Below, piece after piece: positions 46,368 through 55,477 of a stretch of DNA of 64,000 nucleotides (positions are counted from its first letter, which is position 1; each line of letters starts with the position of its first letter). Position numbers and translations under genes: made by a program. Where the stretch lies: NCBI GenBank assembly GCA_964599075.1, contig CAZREG010000004.1, positions 38,491-102,490 on the forward strand. Reading direction: 5' to 3'. Below the pieces are notes generated by a model. It ran no database searches and was not told where the DNA came from. It saw nothing but the letters and a program-made list of their open reading frames with translations. This stretch comes from an uncultured Spirochaetaceae bacterium. Lineage in GTDB: Bacteria > Spirochaetota > Spirochaetia > DSM-27196 > SLST01.

Positions 46368-47363
46368 CTATTGCCCTGTGGCGCTGTAGAGAAACTCAAA
46401 GTAATCCATATCCGTCGTCAGCGTCTTGCGGAACCGCGGGAGCACATCCCGATACGACTCGATCGATCGCCAGAACTCAAAGAACTGGGGTGACTGGGAG
46501 TAGGCGCTCGAGTAGAGTCTGGCTGCCTCAGCGTCCGCAACACCTCTGATCTGCTCCGCCTCCTCGTAGGCGCCGGAGAGAATCGCCCGCTGGTCGTTCT
46601 CTGCCTGACCCAGGAGATTCTGCTTCTGCCCCTCTCCATAGGAGCGATAGGCGCTGGCAATCTGATTTCGCTCGGCCACCATGCGGTCAAACACGCTTTC
46701 GGTGAGCTCATCACTATAGCGAATCTGGCGGATGACCACGTCTATCAGCTCAAGGCCAAGATCACCATCGGCAATCTGCTGGCGAGCGGATCTGAGGATA
46801 TTGTTCGAAAGCTCTCTGCGGCCCTGGTCTATGGGTGCTACGTCTATTTCAAAGTCGATGAGGCTTGCGATCTCGTCGAGCCCCTGGAGGTTCTGTCGCT
46901 CTTCAGCGGAGATTGGTGGTGGACCCTCGTTCTCCGTAATAAAATTGGTGCTTCGCACGACCTCTGCAAGAGTGTTGGCAGCAATGATGTTTCGCACTGA
47001 AGAGTCTATGATCTCGTCAAGTCTGGCGAACGCCCCCTCGATCGTTGTGACGCTTGCGTAGAAGCGTCGCGGATCGTCGATCCTCCAGCGGGCCGTTGTA
47101 TCAACCCAGACGAACTGCCGCTCTGAGGTGGGCATCCGCTGGGCACTTCCGTCCCAGGGTAGGATACGCGCGGAGTATCGGCGTACCTCGTCCACTACTG
47201 GAGTTCGGAGCTTAAGGCCCGCCTCTGTATGGACGCCCACAACCTCACCGAATCTTGTGACGACCGCCTGCTCGCCTTCCTCAACTATAAAGAAGGGACC
47301 GAACGCGAACAAGAGAATCGCTATACCGGCAATGATGACAAGTGTTACTACAAGTTTTCTCAT
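46368..47363 (-). CDS. hflC: protease modulator HflC (SPFH/band-7)
   Basis: N-terminal TM helix, an SPFH domain and a 4-nt overlap with hflK. The typical HflK-HflC pair order is present. Confidence 0.85.
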   Translation of the reverse strand: MRKLVVTLVIIAGIAILLFAFGPFFIVEEGEQAVVTRFGEVVGVHTEAGLKLRTPVVDEVRRYSARILPWDGSAQRMPTSERQFVWVDTTARWRIDDPRRFYASVTTIEGAFARLDEIIDSSVRNIIAANTLAEVVRSTNFITENEGPPPISAEERQNLQGLDEIASLIDFEIDVAPIDQGRRELSNNILRSARQQIADGDLGLELIDVVIRQIRYSDELTESVFDRMVAERNQIASAYRSYGEGQKQNLLGQAENDQRAILSGAYEEAEQIRGVADAEAARLYSSAYSQSPQFFEFWRSIESYRDVLPRFRKTLTTDMDYFEFLYSATGQ

Positions 47364-48364
47364 GGGTTTGCCCCCTGTATCGCCGGTGCCTGGCCGTCGC
47401 GCTGGAGATTGAGCAGTGGCAGGAAGTTCTCCAGATTGCGGTCTATCAGCTCAACACCTTCTTCTTCACTGAACACATCTTCTATCATCTCTACGTAGAG
47501 GCGGGTTCGGGTCGTGGTTGGCTCCGCGAGAAACTCAGGCAGAACCTGAGAGAAGCGTGATACGTCACCTTCGGCCTCATTCACCCGTTCGGATGCATAC
47601 CCTCTGGCAACCTGAACCAGTCGCTGTGCCTCACCACGTGCACGCGGTATCGCCTGGTTGTACTCCTGGCGGCCTTCGTTGATCAGCCTGTTCATGTCCT
47701 GAATCGCCCGGTTGACATCCTCAAAAGCAGTCTGAACCCGGCCTGCAGGCGGTTCCCAGTTCTGTGGGTTTACTCCGGTGACATTGATACCCAGCCCGTA
47801 CTGATTAAAGAGCTCATTCATGCGCACGCGCGCGCTCGCCTGAATCTGTTCACGACCGCTGCCTATCAGGATGTCTGAGATACCGCGGTCACCTATTTCC
47901 GCGTTGATAACGGATCGGGAGATATCGCGGATAGTCTTTTGTTGGTCTTCAACGTTGAACAGCCAGGCTTGGGGATCCACTATCCGGTACTGGATGTTCC
48001 AGGAGATATCTATAATGTTGAGATCCCCGGTAAGCATACGGTACTCGTCCGGGTCCTGCGCTCGCTGAGTGGTAGAGGTGACACCTGCCTGGATAGTCCT
48101 GTAGCCGAACTCCTGACTCTGCACCCGTTCTGTCACCACGTTGTAGTTCTGTTCTATACCAAAGGGTAGTTTAAAGTGCAGTCCCGGCTGCGCGGTTCGG
48201 TTGTACTGGCCGAAGCGAAGCACAACCCCCCTTTCGGTCTGGTCCACCACAAAGACACTGCCGGCGAGGGCAATCACTATTGCCAGCACAATGATTATCA
48301 ACCCAAGCGTTCGTGGCTTCAGATTGAAAGGCAGCTTTGGGGGACTTACGTCACGTTCGGACAT
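47360..48364 (-). CDS. hflK: protease modulator HflK (SPFH/band-7)
   Basis: TM helix LGLIIIVLAIVIALAGSVFVV and an SPFH domain (VVLRFGQYNRTAQPGLHFKLPFGIE). An AGGAGG lies 5 nt upstream of the ATG. Confidence 0.85.
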   Translation of the reverse strand: MSERDVSPPKLPFNLKPRTLGLIIIVLAIVIALAGSVFVVDQTERGVVLRFGQYNRTAQPGLHFKLPFGIEQNYNVVTERVQSQEFGYRTIQAGVTSTTQRAQDPDEYRMLTGDLNIIDISWNIQYRIVDPQAWLFNVEDQQKTIRDISRSVINAEIGDRGISDILIGSGREQIQASARVRMNELFNQYGLGINVTGVNPQNWEPPAGRVQTAFEDVNRAIQDMNRLINEGRQEYNQAIPRARGEAQRLVQVARGYASERVNEAEGDVSRFSQVLPEFLAEPTTTRTRLYVEMIEDVFSEEEGVELIDRNLENFLPLLNLQRDGQAPAIQGANP

Positions 48365-48451
48365 AATGCCTCCTGTTTGGAATATACATCTTCCCCAACA
48401 GTACAGTGCGGCGATGCACCGGTCAAGCTGAGTGGACCTCTGCGGGCCCGC

Positions 48452-49966
48452 TCACAGCGCGTAGATCCGCTCATACTTCTGTGTCAGGTAGCTCATGTAG
48501 CTTGCCGAACCGAAGGGTCGGCCTGTTGCGTTCTCGGTTATCTGTGCAAAGGTGTAGAGTCCCCCGTGCTGTTGCACGTTCGACTGAAGCCAGTCGGAGA
48601 TGTCTCCCAGCTCCCCCGCAGCGAGCTGGGACCGGACCCCCGGATGCGCCTGCTCGAGCGCATCCCAGAGCTGTGAACTGAGCATACTTCCCAGCAGATA
48701 GTCCGGGAAGTATCCGATACCGGACTGACTCCAGTGGATGTCCTGAAGCACACCATTGGAGTCCGTTTCGGGCACCACGCCAAGGTACTCTTTCATTCGC
48801 CTGTTCCATTCCGAAGGCAGGTCGGAAACCGACATTTCCCCGCCGATCAGCGCATTCTCCAGTTCAAAACGGAGCATAATGTGCATGCCGTAGGTCACCT
48901 CGTCCGCCTCAACGCGAATGAGGGTTGGCTGCACGCTGTTGATCGCAGTGTACCATTCGTCAAGGGTGAGATCTGCGAGGGCGGGAACTTCCAGCTTCAG
49001 CTGTGGAAAGTGGAACTGCCAGAACTCGTGGCTTCTTGCGATCAGGTTCTCATAGAAGCGGCTCTGGCTTTCGGCAAGCGCAAGCCCATAGCGAAACGGC
49101 AATCGGTAGAGCTGTGGATGGAGTTTCTGGCCGTGAATTCCGTGCCCCGCCTCATGTATCGTGGCGAACAGGCAGCTCGGGAAGTGGTCGGGCACGACCC
49201 GAGTGGTGAGTCTGACGTCCTGGTAGGAACCGCCGCTGGTGAACGGGTGGGTTGAAAGGTCAAGACGACCGTGATTGAAGTCGTAGCCCACACATGCGGC
49301 GAGTTTTCGGCTGAACTGCAACTGGGTTTCTGCGTCAACCCGGCGGTGAGCAGCCCGCTCACTCTCGGCGAACTTGGAATTCCGGCTCCTGGCTTCTGCA
49401 ATTCGCGAGATGAGTCTCTGCAACGGCTGTTGTACGGCGGAAAATCGACTCGAGATCCAGTCGTAGGTTACGCCAGGCTCAAAGCTGTCCAGCAGAGCGT
49501 CATACGGGTTTCTGTCGTATCCCAGATAGTCGGCATACTCACGGGCCAGGGCGAACTGCCGGCTCAGCAGCGGGGCAAACTCGCCAAAGTCATTGTTTCT
49601 CCGTGCGCTCTTCCATGCTTCACGTGACCGGGCGGAGAGTTCGGTCCTGCGAACTACAAACTCGCCCGGAACTCTGATCCGCTGATCGTAGATCCGTCTG
49701 ACCGCTCGAACCGTGAGAGCATTACGTTCCTCTGCTTCCGCCTCAGCCTCTTCCTCAGCGCTATCGAGCAGCGCGCCCAGCTCCTCTGAGGTGTAGCGCC
49801 GGTGGATCTCAGCGGCAATGGTTCCCATCTGATGAGCTCGTGTCTGGACACCTCCCGGAGGCATCATGGTCTCCTGATCCCAGCTCAGAACGCTCGCCGC
49901 ACCGCTTAGATCAGCAACCGGCGCGAGGTAGGCTCTTAGCTTTTCCATCTCCGTTTTCGTAGGCAT
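48452..49966 (-). CDS. M32 family (Taq-type) metallocarboxypeptidase
   Basis: HEAGHGIH (HExxH), the HPF motif (STHPFT), DIHWS and GYFPDY. The ATG at 49966 is preferred over the TTG at 49981 because a TATACT box lies 6 nt upstream. Confidence 0.85.
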   Translation of the reverse strand: MPTKTEMEKLRAYLAPVADLSGAASVLSWDQETMMPPGGVQTRAHQMGTIAAEIHRRYTSEELGALLDSAEEEAEAEAEERNALTVRAVRRIYDQRIRVPGEFVVRRTELSARSREAWKSARRNNDFGEFAPLLSRQFALAREYADYLGYDRNPYDALLDSFEPGVTYDWISSRFSAVQQPLQRLISRIAEARSRNSKFAESERAAHRRVDAETQLQFSRKLAACVGYDFNHGRLDLSTHPFTSGGSYQDVRLTTRVVPDHFPSCLFATIHEAGHGIHGQKLHPQLYRLPFRYGLALAESQSRFYENLIARSHEFWQFHFPQLKLEVPALADLTLDEWYTAINSVQPTLIRVEADEVTYGMHIMLRFELENALIGGEMSVSDLPSEWNRRMKEYLGVVPETDSNGVLQDIHWSQSGIGYFPDYLLGSMLSSQLWDALEQAHPGVRSQLAAGELGDISDWLQSNVQQHGGLYTFAQITENATGRPFGSASYMSYLTQKYERIYAL

Positions 49967-49972
49967 CTGGTA

Positions 49973-49978
49973 AGTATA
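49973..49978 (-). promoter_or_regulatory. TATACT -10 box, 6 nt upstream of ATG 49966
   Basis: Read on the minus strand. There is no convincing -35 box. Confidence 0.35.
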
Positions 49979-50049
49979 CAAAGCTGGAGACCCGCCCGTG
50001 CGGCCCCCCGTTTTAGTAACGCGTCCTTCTCTCGCCTGGACAGGTGCCG

Positions 50050-50055
50050 TATACT
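50050..50055 (+). promoter_or_regulatory. TATACT -10 box, 6 nt upstream of ATG 50062
   Basis: Read from the sequence. The -35 box is weak (TTCTCT). Confidence 0.35.
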
Positions 50056-50061
50056 GAAAAG

Positions 50062-52377
50062 ATGGAGATACGGAACAATCTGATTTCGGAAACCGGCTGG
50101 GAGATCACTGAACCCGCCTTTGACGAAGAGCAGCTAGTTACAAATGGCAGTAACTTCATGACCGGAAACGGTTATCTCGGCTACCGGGGGACCTTCCCCG
50201 GCTGGCGGTCGGACCGCTACGTGGGCTGTGTTGTGACCAATACCTGGGACAATGCCGACGGAAAGTGGAAGGAACTGTGTACCGTGCCCAACGCACTCTA
50301 TCTTCAGATTTCAGAGGCAAGCGAGGGCCCCGCACTTGAGCTTCCCGAGTCTCACGCAACTGCGTATCGTCGTGAGCTCGATTTCCGCTACGGCATTCAC
50401 AGGCGCGACGTCCGGTTTGCCACAGGCGAGGGCTCGGTACGTGTGCGCGACGAACGCTTCGCGAGTTACGAGAATCTCCATCTCGTCGTGACTCGGATCG
50501 TCATTGAGTCGGATGTCGAGTGTACGCTGGATCTCGAGTGCGGAATTGACTCTCACGTCTGGTCGTTGAACGGCAATCACTTCTCGAGCGTAGAGCCGTC
50601 CCGACAACAGGAAGAGTTGCTTGTAGAGGCACTGACACAGGAGCAGGGGATTACGATTGCCGTGGCCCAGGCGTGTACGATTACCGGGGGGGCAGTCGAG
50701 CAGGATATCCAGATCCGGGAGTCGAGTATCATGCGTACCGCCGTGCTCAGGCTTGAAGCAAACACGCCGGTTGAGATTACGCTGGCTATGAGCGTCTACC
50801 ACTCGCGCGACGTTTCCGACCCACAGCACGAAAGCGTTGAGGCTGCCCGCGCCTTTGTGGCCTCCGGCTATGAGAGTCATCTGGAGAAGCACCGGCGCCA
50901 CTGGGATGCCCGCTGGAACGACGGAGAGGTTGTTATTGACGGGGACGAGCGCGCGCAGACGCTTCTGCGTTACAACATGTACCACAACTACATTGCGACA
51001 CCGGCGTTCAGTGATGAGCTGCCCATTGGAGCTCGCGGACTGAGTTGTCAGGCGTACCAGGGCGGCGCGTTCTGGGATCAGGAGATCTTCAACCTGCCCA
51101 TGTTCCTCTACACCAGGCCGGAGGTGGCACGAAAGATTCTGACCTATCGTTACAAGACGCTCGACGGGGCTCGGCGAAAGGCGGAGAGTCTTGGGTTCCG
51201 GGGTGCCTTTTTTGCGTGGGTGAGCGTTGACTCGGGTGATGAGGTGTGCCCGTCCTATTTTTTTGTAGACGTGCTGACCGGCCGCAGGATCCACAATCAC
51301 TTCAACGACTGGCAGATCCACGTATCGCCAGACATAGCGTATACGGTATGGAAGTACTTTGAGAGCACCGGCGACTGGCAGTTCATGCTTGATCACGGGG
51401 CGGAGCTGGTGCTGGAGATCATGCGTTTTCTCGCCTCGCACGCCTACTACAAATGGGAGAGCGATCAGTTTGAGTTCATTCGGCTACTTGGCCCGGATGA
51501 GTACCACGAGAATGTGGATAATAACTTCTTCACAAACTTTCAGGCGCGATACGTGGCGGATATATGTGAGCGGCTTTTCCGCAAGCTCCGTGACACCTCC
51601 CCGGGCCGCCTTCTGGAGCTGCGGGAGAAGCTCTCCATCACCGATGAAGAGCTCAATCTCTGGAAAAAGATGGCCGCGTCCATCTCCGTTCCGGAACCCG
51701 ACCCGCAGACCGGAGTGATCGAGCAGTTCCGGGGCTTTTATGCCCTCGAGGAGATCACTCCTGAGAGGCTTGCCGAGCGCCTGAAGGACAAGAGTGAGTA
51801 CTGGGGCTGGCCAAACGGGATAGCCGTTGAGACGCAGGTGTCAAAGCAGGCAGATGTCACGCAGCTGTTCGCCCTCCACCCGCACGCCTACGATCGGGCG
51901 ATCATGAAGGCCAACTATGACTACTACGAGCCGCGGACGCAGCATGGCAGTTCGCTGAGCTACTCCGTCTATGCCATGGTTGCCGCCTGGCTAGACGATG
52001 AGGAGCAGGCGTACCGCTACTTCCTGCGCTCGCTCTCCGTTGACCTGTTGAGCACCAACAAGGCGGTCAGCGGCGGGACCTTCATTGGAGGCATTCATAC
52101 TGCCGCCTGCGGAGTGTCCTGGCAGATAGCGGTGCATGGATTCGGGGGCACCTTTGTAACGAGCGAAGGCCTTCACATTGAACCGCACCTGCCGCAGAAG
52201 TGGACATCGATCTCCTTTCCCTTTGTCTTTCAGGGCCAGAGGGCGCGGATAACCGTCACCCACGGCTCCATAGCGGTAGCAGCGGCTGAAGAGAATGATC
52301 AGGCGTTTGAGTTCCAGGCCTTTTCGACCGGGCACTCGGTGGCGCCCGGAGAAGAAGCCGAGCTCGTGCGGAGTTGA
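50062..52377 (+). CDS. glycoside hydrolase family 65 disaccharide phosphorylase (maltose/kojibiose/trehalose phosphorylase-like)
   Basis: SNFMTGNGYLGYRGTF and the catalytic-region motif GPDEYHENVDNNFFTN are GH65 signatures. The ATG at 50062 is preferred. The GTG at 50044 (ORF track) is an alternative. Confidence 0.85.
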   Translation: MEIRNNLISETGWEITEPAFDEEQLVTNGSNFMTGNGYLGYRGTFPGWRSDRYVGCVVTNTWDNADGKWKELCTVPNALYLQISEASEGPALELPESHATAYRRELDFRYGIHRRDVRFATGEGSVRVRDERFASYENLHLVVTRIVIESDVECTLDLECGIDSHVWSLNGNHFSSVEPSRQQEELLVEALTQEQGITIAVAQACTITGGAVEQDIQIRESSIMRTAVLRLEANTPVEITLAMSVYHSRDVSDPQHESVEAARAFVASGYESHLEKHRRHWDARWNDGEVVIDGDERAQTLLRYNMYHNYIATPAFSDELPIGARGLSCQAYQGGAFWDQEIFNLPMFLYTRPEVARKILTYRYKTLDGARRKAESLGFRGAFFAWVSVDSGDEVCPSYFFVDVLTGRRIHNHFNDWQIHVSPDIAYTVWKYFESTGDWQFMLDHGAELVLEIMRFLASHAYYKWESDQFEFIRLLGPDEYHENVDNNFFTNFQARYVADICERLFRKLRDTSPGRLLELREKLSITDEELNLWKKMAASISVPEPDPQTGVIEQFRGFYALEEITPERLAERLKDKSEYWGWPNGIAVETQVSKQADVTQLFALHPHAYDRAIMKANYDYYEPRTQHGSSLSYSVYAMVAAWLDDEEQAYRYFLRSLSVDLLSTNKAVSGGTFIGGIHTAACGVSWQIAVHGFGGTFVTSEGLHIEPHLPQKWTSISFPFVFQGQRARITVTHGSIAVAAAEENDQAFEFQAFSTGHSVAPGEEAELVRS

Positions 52378-52403
52378 CCCGAAGGATACGCTACTCCTAT
52401 AGT
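52374..52403 (+). promoter_or_regulatory. TTGACC-18-TATAGT promoter, 7 nt upstream of metG ATG 52411
   Basis: The -35 box overlaps the GH65 stop codon. No Shine-Dalgarno is present. Confidence 0.5.
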
Positions 52404-52410
52404 TTCGAGC

Positions 52411-54621
52411 ATGAAAAAGAGACTCATAACCTCCGCGCTTCCCTATGTGAACAACATCCCACACCTGGGTAACCTTATACAGGTGCTCTCTGCAGACGTG
52501 TTTGCCCGGTTCTGCCGAATGCGTGGATACGAGACTCTCTACATCTGTGGGACGGATGAATACGGAACGGCGACGGAGACACGCGCGCGGGAGGAAGGGA
52601 TCACTCCCCGCGAGCTCTGTGATCGCTACTACAGAATCCATGATGATATCTATCGCTGGTTTAACATAAGCTTTGACCAGTTTGGCCGCACGAGCACTGA
52701 GTGGCACACCAGGATCACGCAGGACATCCTCCTCCAACTCCATGAGAAGGGGTATATCACTGAGCACACCATTGAGCAGCTCTACAGCGAAGAGAGTGAT
52801 ATGTTTCTGGCAGATCGATATGTACGCGGTACCTGCCCCAACTGCGGCTACGAGGAGGCTCGTGGTGACCAGTGTGAGAACTGCGGAAAGCTGCTTGATC
52901 CAAGTGAGCTGATCGATCCACGCAGCACCGTGGACGGCTCAAAACCGGTGGTGCGAGAGACACGGCATCTCTACATCGATCTGCCCGCGATCAGACCCAT
53001 GCTTGAGGCGTGGATGAAGGATGCCTCTGTGCGGGGACGCTGGGCGCGCAACGCGGTACAGATGACAAACGCCTGGATCCGCGACGGACTCAAGGAGCGT
53101 AGCATTACCCGGGACCTCAACTGGGGCATCCCGGTGCCTCTTGAAGAGTTCAAGGACAAGGTGATCTACGTCTGGTTTGATGCTCCGATCGGCTACATCT
53201 CCATCACTGCCAACCATACCGACGAATGGGAACGGTGGTGGAAGGAGCCGGAGGACACCGAACTGTTCCAGTTCATAGGAAAGGACAACATTCCCTTCCA
53301 CACCGTCATCTTCCCGAGCTCGCTGCTGGGCAGTGGTGATCGATGGACAATGCTGCACCACATGTCAAGCAGCGAATACCTCAACTACGAGGCCGGAAAG
53401 TTCAGCAAGAGCAAGGGAATGGGCGTGTTTGGCAACGACGCCATGGACACCGGTATCCCGGCAGATGTCTGGCGCTTCTACATCTACTATAATCGACCGG
53501 AGACCAGTGATTATCTGTTTACCTGGAAGGATTTCCAGGAGAAGGTGAACGGTGAGCTCATTGGAAATCTTGGTAATCTGGTAAACCGGACTCTCACCTT
53601 CCTCACGCGCTACTTTGATGGAGAGCTCGTTGCCGGTCGCCATCCGGGCAGCGACGCGCTGTGGCAACAGGTAGCGACCGCGGAGAGCGAGATCACGGAT
53701 CTGCTCGAGTGGGCGAATCTCCGGGATGCGTTTCGCAAGGTATTTGCCTTGAGTTCTTTGGGAAATCGCACCTTTCAGGCTGCCGAGCCGTGGAAGACCA
53801 GGACCAGCGATCCTGCTGAAACGCAGCAGTTGCTTTGTGACCTTGTCTATCTTATTCGGGACCTCGCCGTCCTCTGTAAACCGTACATCCCCGGGACAGC
53901 GGACCGAATTGCGGGCTTTCTTGGTCTCGACTCCCTTGACTGGAACATGCTGGGGAAACGTGAGGGCATCACGAACGTATCCACACCGGAGATCCTCTTT
54001 GAGCAGTTGCAGGATGAGCGGATAGAGGAGCTGCGTGCAAGATTCTCCGGAAGTCAGGCGGAGCGCCGGGCCGCGCAGGAGGCGCAAACAGAGGCAGATG
54101 CAGGAAATGCGGCACCGGTCGAGGTGCTGTTCGCGCAGACAGTGCAACTGAAGGCGGCGCGCATTACAAGCGTGGAGCAGCATCCGGACGCAGACCGCCT
54201 GTTCGTTGAACAGCTTGACGACGGATCGGGAACTGAGCGCCGGATCGTGAGTGGCCTCGTTGGCCACTACACCGCAGATGAGCTGGTGGGAAAGACCATT
54301 ATTGTTGTTGACAACCTCAAGCCGGCGAAACTGCGTGGAGTGAAGAGCCAGGGCATGCTCCTTGCCGCGAGCAGCGGGGAAAAGGAGAACGAGACTGTAG
54401 AGGTTCTGTTTCTCGAGGGAGTTGAACCAGGTACGCTTGTTGAGCCTGATCTCAAGGAGCCTCTCGCTCGTGAGGGCGGGAAGGGCAGAATTGATATTGA
54501 CACGTTCTTCTCTATGCCTATTGAAGCTCGTGGCGGAACCGTGATGGTGGGTCAGGTAGCGCTCCTTGTGGACGGCCGGCCGGTGAAGACGAGCAGGGTA
54601 GAGAATGGAAGTGTAGGCTGA
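52411..54621 (+). CDS. metG: methionine--tRNA ligase with C-terminal tRNA-binding (EMAP/Trbp111-like) domain
   Basis: ALPYVNNIPHLGN (HIGH), KFSKSKG (KMSKS), zinc knuckles CPNCG...CENCG, and C-terminal VEQHPDADRLFVEQLD. Confidence 0.95.
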   Translation: MKKRLITSALPYVNNIPHLGNLIQVLSADVFARFCRMRGYETLYICGTDEYGTATETRAREEGITPRELCDRYYRIHDDIYRWFNISFDQFGRTSTEWHTRITQDILLQLHEKGYITEHTIEQLYSEESDMFLADRYVRGTCPNCGYEEARGDQCENCGKLLDPSELIDPRSTVDGSKPVVRETRHLYIDLPAIRPMLEAWMKDASVRGRWARNAVQMTNAWIRDGLKERSITRDLNWGIPVPLEEFKDKVIYVWFDAPIGYISITANHTDEWERWWKEPEDTELFQFIGKDNIPFHTVIFPSSLLGSGDRWTMLHHMSSSEYLNYEAGKFSKSKGMGVFGNDAMDTGIPADVWRFYIYYNRPETSDYLFTWKDFQEKVNGELIGNLGNLVNRTLTFLTRYFDGELVAGRHPGSDALWQQVATAESEITDLLEWANLRDAFRKVFALSSLGNRTFQAAEPWKTRTSDPAETQQLLCDLVYLIRDLAVLCKPYIPGTADRIAGFLGLDSLDWNMLGKREGITNVSTPEILFEQLQDERIEELRARFSGSQAERRAAQEAQTEADAGNAAPVEVLFAQTVQLKAARITSVEQHPDADRLFVEQLDDGSGTERRIVSGLVGHYTADELVGKTIIVVDNLKPAKLRGVKSQGMLLAASSGEKENETVEVLFLEGVEPGTLVEPDLKEPLAREGGKGRIDIDTFFSMPIEARGGTVMVGQVALLVDGRPVKTSRVENGSVG

Positions 54622-55460
54622 TGCGGCTCATTGATCTATCGCTGACACTCGGGCGGGTAAATGTCCCGGTCGTCCTCCTGATAGCCGGGGCCGGCGTCGC
54701 TGCGGTGGTTACTGTACAGCGCACTCTCCTCAGAGATAGTAAGGAGAGTTGGAGCCGGGTGAACGATCGCCTCTTCGGGGCCTTGCTCGCAGGGTTCCTT
54801 GTGTGGAAGATCACACCGCTCTTTACCCGTTTTCCTGAGATCGCTGAGAGTCCGCTTCGGCTGATCTGGTACGCCGGTGGTACCGCGGGTATTGTGGCGG
54901 GAGTGTCGGTAGCGCTGCTCTCTGTCGCGGCTCGCGCCTGGCTCGGCTCCAGCGAACCGTCCTTCAGAACGCTGCTTCTGCACGGTCTGGTTGTCATAGC
55001 CGGCCCGCTTCTGTTCATCGCTGCGGGTTTCTTTATTGTCATCGAATCCGGCACGGAGCTGGGAAACCGATCTATGCGCTTTCTCGACGGCCATGAGACT
55101 ACGGTGAGCGAAACCAACCCGGTGGTGCTTGTCTATTGGGCAACCTGGTGTGGTCCGTGTACCGCGCAGATGCCGGAGGTTCAGCGGGCGGCTGAGCGGC
55201 TCGAGGGCGCGGCCCACGTGATCGCTGTCAATATGAGATATACCGAATCGGGTACTGACGTTGTGCGTGACTATCTTGAGAGCAACGAGTACACCCTTCC
55301 CGTTGCGCTTGATTCGAGCGGAGCATTGACACGAGCTCACGAGGTGGCCGCAACACCTACCACAATTCTCTTTCGTCCCGACGGCGCTGAGGCGACGCGG
55401 CGCGTAGGAGCCGTAAATGCTGACTGGATAGTGAGAAAGGTGCTGCCTCTGAGCAAGTGA
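54621..55460 (+). CDS. TlpA/ResA-like thiol-disulfide oxidoreductase with an N-terminal multi-TM domain
   Basis: About 4-5 TM helices followed by a thioredoxin fold with WATWCGPC. There is a 1-nt (TGATG) overlap with metG. Confidence 0.7.
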   Translation: MRLIDLSLTLGRVNVPVVLLIAGAGVAAVVTVQRTLLRDSKESWSRVNDRLFGALLAGFLVWKITPLFTRFPEIAESPLRLIWYAGGTAGIVAGVSVALLSVAARAWLGSSEPSFRTLLLHGLVVIAGPLLFIAAGFFIVIESGTELGNRSMRFLDGHETTVSETNPVVLVYWATWCGPCTAQMPEVQRAAERLEGAAHVIAVNMRYTESGTDVVRDYLESNEYTLPVALDSSGALTRAHEVAATPTTILFRPDGAEATRRVGAVNADWIVRKVLPLSK

Positions 55461-55477
55461 TTGTGGTACTATCTGGC

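Noticed and set aside
48442-48451. GCGGGCCCGC palindrome immediately after the M32 carboxypeptidase stop, considered as a terminator.
   Set aside because: It is self-complementary with no loop and no downstream T-tract on the minus strand. It is more likely incidental.
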